Assembly (NCBI GenBank): GCA_035331565.1
Contig: DAOLKO010000014.1
Location: forward strand, 104,583-168,582
Direction of reading: 5' to 3'
DNA: 64,000 bases
From: Blastocatellia bacterium
GTDB taxonomy: Bacteria > Acidobacteriota > Blastocatellia > RBC074
Position numbers and translations under genes: made by a program. Position 1 is the first letter of the stretch. Each line of letters begins with the position of its first letter. Positions 48,316-59,608 of this stretch are shown one piece after another. The notes beneath the pieces were generated by a model. The model searched no databases and was not told the DNA's origin. It saw only the letters and a program-made list of their open reading frames with translations.

Positions 48316-49362
48316 ATGAATAATCATCAACAAGCAGCTTCTCGTTTCTCGAACATCCCACGCCTGAACTTCGGGCATTACCCAACGCCGATTGAAGAAC
48401 TGCCGCGTTTGCGGCAAGCGCTGGGAACCGATGCACCGCGCATTTTCGTCAAGCGCGACGATTACACAGGCCCAGGCTTCGGCGGCAACAAAGTCCGCAA
48501 GCTGGAATACGTGTTGGCCGAAGCCGTCGCCGATGGCGCTGAAATCGCTATTACCTGCGGCGGATTGAAATCGAATCATTGCCGTGTCACCGCCGCCATG
48601 TGCGCGCGGCTGGGATTGCATTGCATTCTGGTTCTCAACGAACCCGCGCAGCCATACAAGCTGACGCCGGCAAGCCTCAAAGCCGATCAAATGCTCGGCG
48701 CGGAAGTTCACCGCGTTCAAAGCCGCGATGCGCGCAATTCAACCATGGCAGCAATTGCCGAACGGCTGCGCGCGGAAGGAAAGAACGTCGCAGTCATTCC
48801 GCTCGGTGCTTCGATTCCGCTCGGCGCGCTAGGCTTCGTGCGCGCGGTGGAAGAAACCGCAGCGCAACTGGCCGCGATGAATCTGCGAATGGATTACGTT
48901 TTTCACTCCACGTCTTCCGGCGGCACACAAGCAGGCTTGCTGGCCGGACATCAGCTTTTCCATTTGGCCGAAAAACAAATCATCGGCGTCAGCGCGGACG
49001 ATTCATCGGCTTCGATTTCCGCCGAAGTCGCCACCATCCTGCGCGGCGTGGGCGAATTGCTCGGCGCGGAATTCGACGAAGGCGCGACGGTGCTGGATGG
49101 CTACGTCGGCGCGGGCTACGGCATTGATACGCCTGAATCGCTGTCAGCCATTGACCTGCCGGCGCGCACAGAAGGGCTGTTTCTCGATCCGGTATACACC
49201 GCCAAAGCGATGGCCGGGCTGCTGGATTGGATTCGGCAAGGCAGGCTTCGCGCCGACGACAACGTTCTGTTCTGGCACACGGGCGGGCAGTTGGCGCTGT
49301 TTTATGTGCCGGAAAGCGACAACGAGGGGAATGGGGGAATGGGGGACGTGGAAAAGAGGTGA
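48316..49362 (+). CDS. D-cysteine desulfhydrase / ACC deaminase family PLP enzyme
   Basis: VKRDD, GGNKVRKLEY (PLP Lys), SNHCR, SSGGTQAG, LDPVYTAKAM, FWHTGG. Confidence 0.9.
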   Translation: MNNHQQAASRFSNIPRLNFGHYPTPIEELPRLRQALGTDAPRIFVKRDDYTGPGFGGNKVRKLEYVLAEAVADGAEIAITCGGLKSNHCRVTAAMCARLGLHCILVLNEPAQPYKLTPASLKADQMLGAEVHRVQSRDARNSTMAAIAERLRAEGKNVAVIPLGASIPLGALGFVRAVEETAAQLAAMNLRMDYVFHSTSSGGTQAGLLAGHQLFHLAEKQIIGVSADDSSASISAEVATILRGVGELLGAEFDEGATVLDGYVGAGYGIDTPESLSAIDLPARTEGLFLDPVYTAKAMAGLLDWIRQGRLRADDNVLFWHTGGQLALFYVPESDNEGNGGMGDVEKR

Positions 49363-50204
49363 TGAAATTGGAAGCTGGAAAAAGTTTGCCGCTTTATGAG
49401 ATTGCCGCCAAAAACTACGGCGCGGCGCACGCCAATAAAATTCATAGCGACGCGGGCGCGGCGGAACACGGTTTTGCCGGAGCGTTGGTTCCGGGCGTGG
49501 CGCTTTACGCTTACCTAACGCGGCCCGTGGCGGACGCGCTCGGCACTGAATGGTTGGCGCGCGGCGCGATGTCGGCGAAGCTCATTCATCCGATTTACGA
49601 CGGCGAACTCGTCCGCGCCGAAGCGAAAGCCATCGCCGATGACTCGCCCGCCTTTGAACTGCAACTCCTGAATTCCGCGAACAAGCTCTGCGCGGTGGGT
49701 GAGGCTTCCCTGCCGGAAACCTTGCCGGAGCTTGATCCTCGCAATTATCCCGCGCTCCCGTTGCCGCCGGAAGATGCGCGTTGGCCGGCGACGATTGCAG
49801 CAGTCAACATCGGCGACACGCTCGGCTCGTTGGATTTCACGCTGGATTTGACGGGCGAACAAACTCGGTTTCTGGAAAACATGGTGGACGACTCGCCGCT
49901 CTATCGCGGCACAAACGCAGTTTGCCATCCGGCGTTCTGGATCGCGCAGGCCAATGAAGTTTTGATGCGGAACTTCGCCCTCGGCATGTGGATTCACACT
50001 GCCAGCAAAACCCGGCATCTGGCATTAGCCAAAGAGGGCGAACGCCTGTCGCTGCGCGGGCGGATCATTGACGCCTTTGAACGCCGCAGCCATGAACTGG
50101 TCACTGCCGACTTGGTGATTTTCGGCGAGGCGGAGCGAGCGATTGCCCGCATCAAACACACCGCAATTATTCGATTGGGAAAAGCGCCTCAAAGAATGGA
50201 TTAG
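49362..50204 (+). CDS. Hypothetical double hot-dog (MaoC-like) fold protein
   Basis: NKIHSD...GFAGALVPGV, PIYDGELV, second half WIHTASK...ELVTADL; overlaps the previous stop. Confidence 0.6.
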   Translation: MKLEAGKSLPLYEIAAKNYGAAHANKIHSDAGAAEHGFAGALVPGVALYAYLTRPVADALGTEWLARGAMSAKLIHPIYDGELVRAEAKAIADDSPAFELQLLNSANKLCAVGEASLPETLPELDPRNYPALPLPPEDARWPATIAAVNIGDTLGSLDFTLDLTGEQTRFLENMVDDSPLYRGTNAVCHPAFWIAQANEVLMRNFALGMWIHTASKTRHLALAKEGERLSLRGRIIDAFERRSHELVTADLVIFGEAERAIARIKHTAIIRLGKAPQRMD

Positions 50205-50213
50205 TTGGTTGAC

Positions 50214-51164
50214 TCAAACTTGCTGCTCTTTGCGGCCAGACCTATTGAGCAAAGCAGTTTCGATTTGCAGCAAAGCCACGCCGCACAATACCGCTACGCC
50301 GCCCGCAATTTGCAGCGGTCGCAACGATTGTCCCAGCCACAGCCAAGCCACCGCCGCCGCAACCACCGGTTCCAAAATTGAAGTCAGGCTGACGCGGCTC
50401 GCTTCCAGATGCCGTAAGCCGGCCAGATAGAGCGCAAACGGCAAGACCGTCGCCACCGCCGCCAGATAAAAGAAAAACGCCCAGGTGGAAAGATCGTAAT
50501 TGCTCCAGGCAATCTTCCACGGCGGGCGAATCAGCAGCCACATCAGCGAGGAAAACAAAAAGGCATAAGCCATCATCGTGCGCGAATCGTACCGATTCAG
50601 TCCGCGTTGGCCATAGACGGTGTAAAACGCGAATGCCGCGCCCGAAGTAAGCGCGCCAAGCGTGCCCAGCCACGACACACGCGCTGAGCCTCCTGACTGC
50701 CCCAACATCATCAAGGCGCAACCGCTCAACGCCAACGCCGCCGCCGTCAGTTTTCCGGCGGTCAATCGCTCGGTCTTGGAAATCACGCCGTAAGCCATCA
50801 AAAAAATCGGTGCCTGGTATTGCAGCATCAGAGCGTAACCGACGCTCACTTCAGTCAGGGCCAGGTAATACGCGCCTTGATTGACGACCAAACCGATGCC
50901 GCCCAGCAACGCAAAATAAGGCAGGTCGGAGCGGCGGACTTTCACCAGATGTTTGGCTTTGAGCGCCAGCCAGCCGAACAGAATCAGCGCGGCAAAACAG
51001 GTGCGAAAGACCAGCAATTCGTCCGGGCGCATTTGTCTGCGTCGCAGCAAGTAGCTGGTCACAACGCCGGACAATCCCCACAGCGCAGCAGAGCCTGCCG
51101 CCAACAGATAACCTCTGGAAGCGGCAGGCGCGCGGTTTGATTCAAGATCATTGGTTTCGTTCAC
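50214..51164 (-). CDS. EamA/DMT family transporter (probable GTG start 51164)
   Basis: About 10 TM helices in two repeats; WGLSG, LQYQAPIF, SILEPVVAA; the ORF-track N-terminal extension is antisense to the Rpn gene. Confidence 0.88.
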   Translation of the reverse strand: MNETNDLESNRAPAASRGYLLAAGSAALWGLSGVVTSYLLRRRQMRPDELLVFRTCFAALILFGWLALKAKHLVKVRRSDLPYFALLGGIGLVVNQGAYYLALTEVSVGYALMLQYQAPIFLMAYGVISKTERLTAGKLTAAALALSGCALMMLGQSGGSARVSWLGTLGALTSGAAFAFYTVYGQRGLNRYDSRTMMAYAFLFSSLMWLLIRPPWKIAWSNYDLSTWAFFFYLAAVATVLPFALYLAGLRHLEASRVSLTSILEPVVAAAVAWLWLGQSLRPLQIAGGVAVLCGVALLQIETALLNRSGRKEQQV

Positions 51165-51257
51165 CTGGCGGAAGTAACATCGAAGGCGAAAAAACTCAAT
51201 CAGAGCTTTGGCGAATAGTTGAGTAACGCGGCAGCGAGGCGCGATAATGCCCAGGCC

Positions 51258-52214
51258 ATGGTCACCGAAAAATACATTGATCCATTCACCGATTTCGGCT
51301 TTAAGAAACTCTTCGGCAGCGAGCCGAACAAGGACTTGCTGATTGATTTCCTCAATCAATTGCTGCCGCCGCAACATCAAATTCAGGAACTGACTTACGC
51401 GCGCAACGAACAGGTCGGGCGCACGGCTTTCGACCGCCGCGCGATTTTCGATTTGTTTTGCACTGGACAAAACGGCGAACGCTTCATCGTCGAGATGCAA
51501 CGCGCCAAACAGGATTATTTTCGGGATCGGAGCGTCTTTTACGCCAGCTTTCCGATTCAGGAACAAGCGCAACGCGGCGATTGGGATTACAAACTAACGC
51601 CGGTGTATCTGGTCGGCATCCTGGATTTCGTTTTCGCTGAAGATCGGGACAAGCCGGAAGTTTGCCACCGCATCCAGTTGAAGGATCAACGCAATCGCGT
51701 TTTTTACGACAAGCTGACTTTCATTTATCTGGAAATGCCGAAGTTCAACAAGACTGAAGACGAGTTGATTACGACATTCGACAAATGGCTCTATGTACTC
51801 AAGCATCTGCCGAGGCTGACGGAACGTCCGGCAAAATTACAGGAGCGAGCCTTTTCACACTTGTTTGAAGCGGCGGAAGTCGCGCGGTTCGACCGCGAAG
51901 ACCTTAAACGCTACGAGGAAAGTCTGAAGGTTTACCGCGACAATAAGAACGTATGGGATTTTGCGATACGAGAGTCGGAGGAAAAGGGACACGCGAAGGG
52001 GCTTGAGCAAGGGCTTGCGAAGGGGCTTGAGCAAGGGCTTGAGCAAGGGCTTGAGCAAGGGCTTGCGCAAGGAACCGAACTCGGCGCTTTGAAAAAAGCC
52101 CGGGAAACGGCACGCAAAGCTTTACAAAAAAATATGTCGCTCAGCGATATTGCCGAACTCACCGGATTGAGCGAAGCAGAAATCGAAGCCTTGCGCCAGG
52201 AAGACGAATCATAG
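51258..52214 (+). CDS. Rpn/YhgA-like PD-(D/E)XK nuclease-family protein (putative transposase / defence toxin)
   Basis: DPFTDFGFKKLFG, AIFDLFC, FIVEMQ, RSVFYAS, DKWLYVLK; C-terminal GLEQ repeats and IAELTGLSEAEI. Confidence 0.92.
   Translation: MVTEKYIDPFTDFGFKKLFGSEPNKDLLIDFLNQLLPPQHQIQELTYARNEQVGRTAFDRRAIFDLFCTGQNGERFIVEMQRAKQDYFRDRSVFYASFPIQEQAQRGDWDYKLTPVYLVGILDFVFAEDRDKPEVCHRIQLKDQRNRVFYDKLTFIYLEMPKFNKTEDELITTFDKWLYVLKHLPRLTERPAKLQERAFSHLFEAAEVARFDREDLKRYEESLKVYRDNKNVWDFAIRESEEKGHAKGLEQGLAKGLEQGLEQGLEQGLAQGTELGALKKARETARKALQKNMSLSDIAELTGLSEAEIEALRQEDES
51996..52067 (+). repeat. In-frame 12-bp tandem repeat, 6 units (K/Q-G-L-E/A)
   Basis: AAGGGGCTTGAG CAAGGGCTTGCG AAGGGGCTTGAG CAAGGGCTTGAG CAAGGGCTTGAG CAAGGGCTTGCG. 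Confidence 0.95.
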
Positions 52215-52249
52215 CCGCATCCGACTGCCGCTTTTCTGGAATACAAAAC

Positions 52250-52606
52250 ATGCAGTTGACTCGATTCGAAGTATTGGCGCTACTGCCGGATGAACCTGAA
52301 GTTAAGGGCTATCAGATCATCGTTTCGCCTTCGGGGCGCACCGTGCTGGAAGAATGGACGCAGGATTATGAAACCGTGGTGGACGGTTTGCCGGAAAACA
52401 TTCATGCGCGGTTGGCCTGGCACAAATCCCGTACTGAACTGGGCATTTTGATCTTCGTCAAAATCGGCGCGAACCCGAAAACCCAGGTCAGTTTTTATTT
52501 GAAGCCGGACCCGACCAAAGTCAGAAAGCGCTACCGCATCAATCCTGATCGTCCGAAACAATCGAAACCGGCAAAAGATTCCGGAGACTCTGCCGCGAAA
52601 TCGTAA
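52250..52606 (+). CDS. Hypothetical protein (118 aa)
   Basis: Same-strand ORF 35 nt after the rpn stop with host-like codon usage, followed by a hairpin. Confidence 0.6.
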   Translation: MQLTRFEVLALLPDEPEVKGYQIIVSPSGRTVLEEWTQDYETVVDGLPENIHARLAWHKSRTELGILIFVKIGANPKTQVSFYLKPDPTKVRKRYRINPDRPKQSKPAKDSGDSAAKS

Positions 52607-52625
52607 CCGGAATCAGGTGCAACAT

Positions 52626-52656
52626 TGCGAAAGACGGCTTAGAATCCCGTCTCGCA
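52626..52656 (+). terminator. Probable terminator or REP-like hairpin
   Basis: TGCGAAAGACGG...CCGTCTCGCA followed by TTT. Confidence 0.5.
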
Positions 52657-52704
52657 TTTCCACGAACAAATCGCAATTCAACAACCCAGGAGGTTAATCA
52701 CGTT

Positions 52705-54780
52705 ATGTCTCCCCGCAGGCTTTCTCGTGTGCTGCTGCTGATGTTGGCCCTGGCGACCGTGCTGTCGGCGCAAACGGCCAAACGCCCGTTCAAACTCGAC
52801 GATGTTCCGCGCTTGCGCGATGTGCGAGACCCGCAGGTTTCACCTGACGGCAAAGCTATGGCTTTTGTCGTTTCGACTATTGATGTCAAAGAAGACAAAT
52901 CCGGCTCGCATATCTGGATGGTCGGCACGGACGGCAAAGGCGAACGCCAGATCACGTCAGGCGCGGAAGGCGAATCGTCACCGCGTTGGAGTCCCGACGG
53001 AAAGTATCTGGCCTTCACTTCGTCGCGGCCCGGCCCGGCCAAAGGCAATCAAGTCTGGTTGCTCGACCGCAGCGGCGGCGAAGCCGTGCAACTGACCGAT
53101 GTGAAAGGCCGCTTGCAAAGTTTTGAATGGTCGCCGGATTCCAAACGGCTGGCGCTGGTCATTGGCGACCCTGACCCGGAAGCCGAAGCCAACGAAGCCG
53201 CGCGCGAAAGCGGCGGCAAACCCAAACCTCCGAAACCCATCGTTATTGATCGTTATCACTTCAAACAGGACGGGCAAGGTTATTTGCTCTCAGGCCGCCA
53301 CAGCTACATTTACCTGTTCGACATCGCCACGAAAAAACTGGATCGGCTGACCGCCGGAAAACGCGATGAAGCCGCGCCTTCGTGGTCGCCGGACGGCACG
53401 CGCGTAGCGTTTATGAGCAATCGCTCCGCCGACCCCGACCGCGACCCGGATGGGCAATTGTTCGTCGCCGAAGCCAAACCCGGCTCAACGGAAAAAGCTC
53501 TGACCGAAACCGGCAACCGCGCCGGACGCTCCCGTCCCGAATGGAGTCCCGACGGAAAATGGATCGCTTATCTGGAAGGCGAAGAAAAGAAATACGGCGC
53601 TTACAGCATGAACCATCTGGCCGTGGTTGCGACTGACGGCAGTAGTCCCGCCAAACGCGTCGCCGCCGTCGAAGCTCTGGATCGCGGCGTTTCCAATCCC
53701 ACTTTCAGCGAAGACGGCAAAGCCATACGCTTTTTGGTGACGGACGATCAATCGCTTTATCCGGCGCAAGTGACGCTCGCCAACGGCAAAGTCGAAAAAC
53801 TGCTCGCGCCGCCCGTCGTCGTATCCGGTTGGGAAACCGGCGGCAATGCTTCAGTTGTACTCGCGGGCGGCAATGACAAGTACACGGAAATTTACGCCTT
53901 TGAAAACGGCGGCCTGCGCCAGTTGACGCATTTGAACGACGCGCTGTTTGCCGAACTTGAACTGGGGCAAACCGAAGCCGTCAGCTTCAAGAGCAAGGAC
54001 GGCACGGAAGTTCACGGCTTGCTGACGTATCCGGCGGGTTACGTGAAAGGAACCAAAGTTCCCTTCCTGCTGCGCATTCACGGCGGGCCGAATTCGCAGG
54101 ATCAACACAGTTTCAGTGTCGAGCGGCAGTTGTTTGCAGCCAATGGTTACGCTGTGCTGGCCGTCAACTATCGCGGCAGCGCCGGGCGCGGCCAGAAGTT
54201 TTCGCGCGCCATCGCCGCCGATTGGGGACATTACGAAGTCGAAGATCTGCACGCAGGCGTGGATCACGTCATAAAAATGGGAGTGGCCGACCCGGATAAA
54301 CTCGGCGTGGGCGGTTGGAGTTACGGCGGCATCCTGACCGATTATCTGATTGCCAGCGACATGCGCTTCAAAGCGGCGACCAGCGGCGCGGGCACTGCAT
54401 TCACTGTCAGCTATTACGGCGCGGATCAATACATCATTCAGTACGACAACGAAATCGGCCCGCCGTGGAACCCGAAAGCCTGGGAGACTTATCAAAAGCT
54501 TTCCTATCCCTTCCTGCACGCCGACCGCATCAAAACGCCTACGCTGTTTTTATGCGGCGAAAAGGATTTCAACGTGCCGGTTTCGGGCAGCGAGCAAATG
54601 TATCAAGCCTTGCGCACGCTCGGCGTTGACACGCAACTGGTGATTTACCCGAACGAAAATCACGGCATTCGCCGTCCGAGCTACGTGCGGGATCGGTTCG
54701 AGCGGTATTTGGCGTGGTATGACAAATACCTGAAGAAAACGCCTGCACCGGCGACAACGACGACTTCAACCAAAGAATGA
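52705..54780 (+). CDS. S9 family peptidase (acylaminoacyl-peptidase / S9C-like) with PD40 repeats
   Basis: Signal peptide, WSPDG repeats, IHGGP, nucleophile GWSYGG, D (EKDFNVP), H (NENHGI). Confidence 0.93.
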   Translation: MSPRRLSRVLLLMLALATVLSAQTAKRPFKLDDVPRLRDVRDPQVSPDGKAMAFVVSTIDVKEDKSGSHIWMVGTDGKGERQITSGAEGESSPRWSPDGKYLAFTSSRPGPAKGNQVWLLDRSGGEAVQLTDVKGRLQSFEWSPDSKRLALVIGDPDPEAEANEAARESGGKPKPPKPIVIDRYHFKQDGQGYLLSGRHSYIYLFDIATKKLDRLTAGKRDEAAPSWSPDGTRVAFMSNRSADPDRDPDGQLFVAEAKPGSTEKALTETGNRAGRSRPEWSPDGKWIAYLEGEEKKYGAYSMNHLAVVATDGSSPAKRVAAVEALDRGVSNPTFSEDGKAIRFLVTDDQSLYPAQVTLANGKVEKLLAPPVVVSGWETGGNASVVLAGGNDKYTEIYAFENGGLRQLTHLNDALFAELELGQTEAVSFKSKDGTEVHGLLTYPAGYVKGTKVPFLLRIHGGPNSQDQHSFSVERQLFAANGYAVLAVNYRGSAGRGQKFSRAIAADWGHYEVEDLHAGVDHVIKMGVADPDKLGVGGWSYGGILTDYLIASDMRFKAATSGAGTAFTVSYYGADQYIIQYDNEIGPPWNPKAWETYQKLSYPFLHADRIKTPTLFLCGEKDFNVPVSGSEQMYQALRTLGVDTQLVIYPNENHGIRRPSYVRDRFERYLAWYDKYLKKTPAPATTTTSTKE

Positions 54781-54784
54781 AGAA

Positions 54785-54882
54785 TCCTGGGAGCGCACGC
54801 GGCCTCGCGTGCAGGTGTGGCAGGCGCGAACGCTATCGTTTCCTTCGAGAACTCGCACGCGGGGCCGCGTGCGCTCCCAGGA
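54785..54882. repeat. REP-like inverted repeat, 28-bp arms with one mismatch
   Basis: TCCTGGGAGCGCACGCGGCCTCGCGTGC ... GCACGCGGGGCCGCGTGCGCTCCCAGGA. Confidence 0.85.
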
Positions 54883-54901
54883 ATTTGGAGTGAAAGCAGC
54901 A

Positions 54902-55291
54902 ATGGCCGAAAAACAACGCTACTTCTCCGGCACAAAATGGGAGCCGATTGTTGGTTACTCGCGGGCGATTCGGATCGGCGAGCAGGTCTTTGTCACCGGC
55001 ACGACTGCGACAGACGAACAAGGCGAGATAGTCGGCATCGGCGACGCTTACGCGCAGACGGTGCAAGTCATACGCAACATCGAACGGGCGCTCGATGCGC
55101 TCGGCGCGGAGTTGAAGGACGTGGTGCGGACGCGAATGTTCGTCACGGACATTGCCCGCTGGGAAGAATATGGCCGGGCGCACGGCGAATTTTTCCGTGA
55201 CATTCGCCCTTGCGCCACAATGGTCGAAGTGCGGCGATTGATTGACGACCGCATGCTGATCGAAATCGAAGCCGACGCCGTCGTGCAATAA
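54902..55291 (+). CDS. RidA (YjgF/YER057c/UK114) family protein
   Basis: [40 protein letters not shown]. Confidence 0.9.
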   Translation: MAEKQRYFSGTKWEPIVGYSRAIRIGEQVFVTGTTATDEQGEIVGIGDAYAQTVQVIRNIERALDALGAELKDVVRTRMFVTDIARWEEYGRAHGEFFRDIRPCATMVEVRRLIDDRMLIEIEADAVVQ

Positions 55292-55309
55292 CCCTTCACG
55301 AAAATCCTT

Positions 55310-56520
55310 ATGCCTAAATTTCCATTGAAGACTCCTCTCCGACCGGCAGTCACGGTCAAAAGCTCCGAGTCAGGGGAACTCGTTGAAGCCGCAGAAGACG
55401 CCGCAGCGGATTCGGGCGTCACCGCGCGATATTTGTTTTGGCGCGCGACTTTCTGGTTGATGGTTGCCTTCGGCATACAAACATTGGCCAGTTTGATGCC
55501 GGACGTAATCGAGGAAGTTTATAGCCAGACGGTTTATTACCATCTGGTGCGCGGAATGGCTGTGTTCAATCAGTTGGTGGGATTGCCGCTTGGCGAATTG
55601 CTGATTGCCGGCATAGTCATTTGGTACGCCGGCTGGACGATCTGGTATCTGGGACGTGCGCTGCGGCGCGAGGTCAACATCGTCGAGGTTTTCAAAATCC
55701 TGCTGCTGCAATGGGCCGCACTGTTGACCTGGGGCTTCGCTGTGTTTCTGTTGATGTGGGGGCTGAATTATCAGCGCACGCCGATTGAAGACCGCCTGCC
55801 GGAAATGGAACGCCTGGCCGAAGGCCACGAGGAAATCATTCGCGTCGGCGAACGCATCGTTGACGGCATCAATCGCAACTACACTTCGCGCAACGAACAA
55901 ACCGCGACCGGTGCCAGCTTCATGCCCTTGAGTACGCCGGTGCTTTATCAAACCATCGAAAAGGGCTTCCAACTGGAAAAGATGTTGGGCAAAGCCAGTC
56001 AGGGCGGGTTTGGTCCGCCGAAACCGTTGATTTTTTCCAGAGTCACCACCTGGCTGGATATTCGCGGCGTTTACGTGCCCTTCACCGGCGAGGCTCTTTA
56101 TAACGACACAGTGCCGGATTGCGACAAGCCTTTCGTCATAGCCCATTTCAAAGCGCATCAACGCGGCTTCGCGCGCGAAGACGAAGCCAATTTCATAGCC
56201 TACGCCGTCTGCATCAATTCCAACGAACCCTACATTCGCTACTCCGGTTATCTGCACGGCCTGAAAGTCCTGGACTTTCTGGAAAAGAGCGATGCGCAAG
56301 CCACCGCCACTTTGAAGTCCCAGTTGATTCCGCCGGCGATGGACGACATGAACGCTCGCAACGCTTACTGGGCGAAATCGAAAAGCCAGACCAGCAGCCC
56401 GGCAGCCGAATTCCTGATCAAAGTTTACCTGCGCGCCAATCGCGTGCGCGGCGGCCTGAAAAACTTCAGCGAAGACACGCCGCTGATCGTCAATTACATG
56501 CTGAGGAATCCTGAGAGGTA

Positions 56521-56521
<1 letters not shown>
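55310..56521 (+). CDS. DUF3810 family membrane protein with degenerate HExxH (HFKAH)
   Basis: WGLNYQR, PKPLIFS, GVYVPFTGEA, PFVIAHFKAHQRGFAREDEANF, YIRYSG. Confidence 0.85.
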
Positions 56522-58511
<1,990 letters not shown>

Positions 58512-58515
<4 letters not shown>

Positions 58516-59075
58516 GTACTTGGGATGAACGCTATCGCCGGGGCGAACACACCGACAACCAACCTCATCCGCTGGTTGTTCGATTCGCTGCGCAACTTCC
58601 GCCCGGACGCGCGCTGGATGTCGCTTGCGGCGCAGGACGGCACGCGCTGCATTTGGCTGAACACGGCTGGCAAGTCACGGCGGTGGATGCATCCACTGTC
58701 GCCATTGAACTGCTGACCCGGCGCGCACAGGAACTCGGCGTCGCCGTAAACGCTCAAGTTGCCGATCTGGAACTCGGCGAGTTCGGCATTTCGTCGGACA
58801 GCTACGATCTGATCGTCAATTGCTGTTATCTGCAACGTAATTTGTTTGCGGCGATCAAGGCAGGCGTGCGCGTTGGCGGCGTAGTGCTGGCGGTAATCGC
58901 TATGACGGATGACGATCCGAACGTCAAACCGATGAATCCCGCATTTTTGCTTCAGCCGGGAGAGTTGCGCGAAGTGTTCAAGGGTTGGGAATGGCTGCAC
59001 TGTTCCGAAGGTAAATCGCCTGAGAATCCGTCGGCCAGGGCGAAAGCGGAAATCGTTGCGCGGCGGATTCGATAA
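58512..59075 (+). CDS. Class I SAM-dependent methyltransferase (TehB-like)
   Basis: RALDVACGAGRHALHLA, VTAVDAS, YDLIV; ATGA overlap with the shc stop. Confidence 0.88.
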
Positions 59076-59095
59076 AACAACTTATTGGCTGTCGG

Positions 59096-59380
59096 TCATT
59101 TGGGTTCTTTGGGTTCTCTGGAAGGCAAAGGCGGAGCCAGAAGCGTCCAGGCGCGTGTGTTTCCGTCAATGGCATAAGCTTCGCCGGTGTAAATATCAAT
59201 GGCCGCCACAGTGTCGCCGATCTGCATGAACTCATACCGCGAAGCGACACGGTCGCGATCTTTTGAAACAGAGCTTGCCGCCGTCGAGCGCGCCAGCCAG
59301 AACCCTACGAAAAACAACACCAAACCAATCACGGCGCTCATCGCCAATCCCTGCGCGCGACTAAATCTACTGAAATCCAT
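59096..59380 (-). CDS. Small single-TM hypothetical protein (94 aa)
   Basis: GAGGTG RBS, TM helix AVIGLVLFFVGFWLA, short beta-rich tail. Confidence 0.7.
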   Translation of the reverse strand: MDFSRFSRAQGLAMSAVIGLVLFFVGFWLARSTAASSVSKDRDRVASRYEFMQIGDTVAAIDIYTGEAYAIDGNTRAWTLLAPPLPSREPKEPK

Positions 59381-59608
59381 TTTTCACCTCCTTGCGAGCG
59401 GTTCTGCCGCAAGCAATATGCCAACAACAGTTTCCGCCAGTTTGAAACGAATAAAACCGCAAAGCGCCGTTGAGCCGTCGCAATTCAAGACGCCCCGAAA
59501 AAGAGGTGTTCTTGTGCAATGCGCCGCCTTGATTGCCGCGTCTGTGAGCGACGAGTACAATGCGCGCGCCTTTTCATCAAACCTGCAAATTTCCGAGGAG
59601 ACCATTCA

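Noticed and set aside
51165-51572. N-terminal extension of the EamA ORF to 51572
   Set aside because: It is the antisense of the Rpn gene; the hydrophobic EamA domain starts after GTG 51164
51996-52067. CRISPR-like or contingency frameshift repeat
   Set aside because: Spacer-less 12-bp units in frame with the protein, so unit changes would not shift the frame. No CRISPR array or cas gene was seen anywhere in the window
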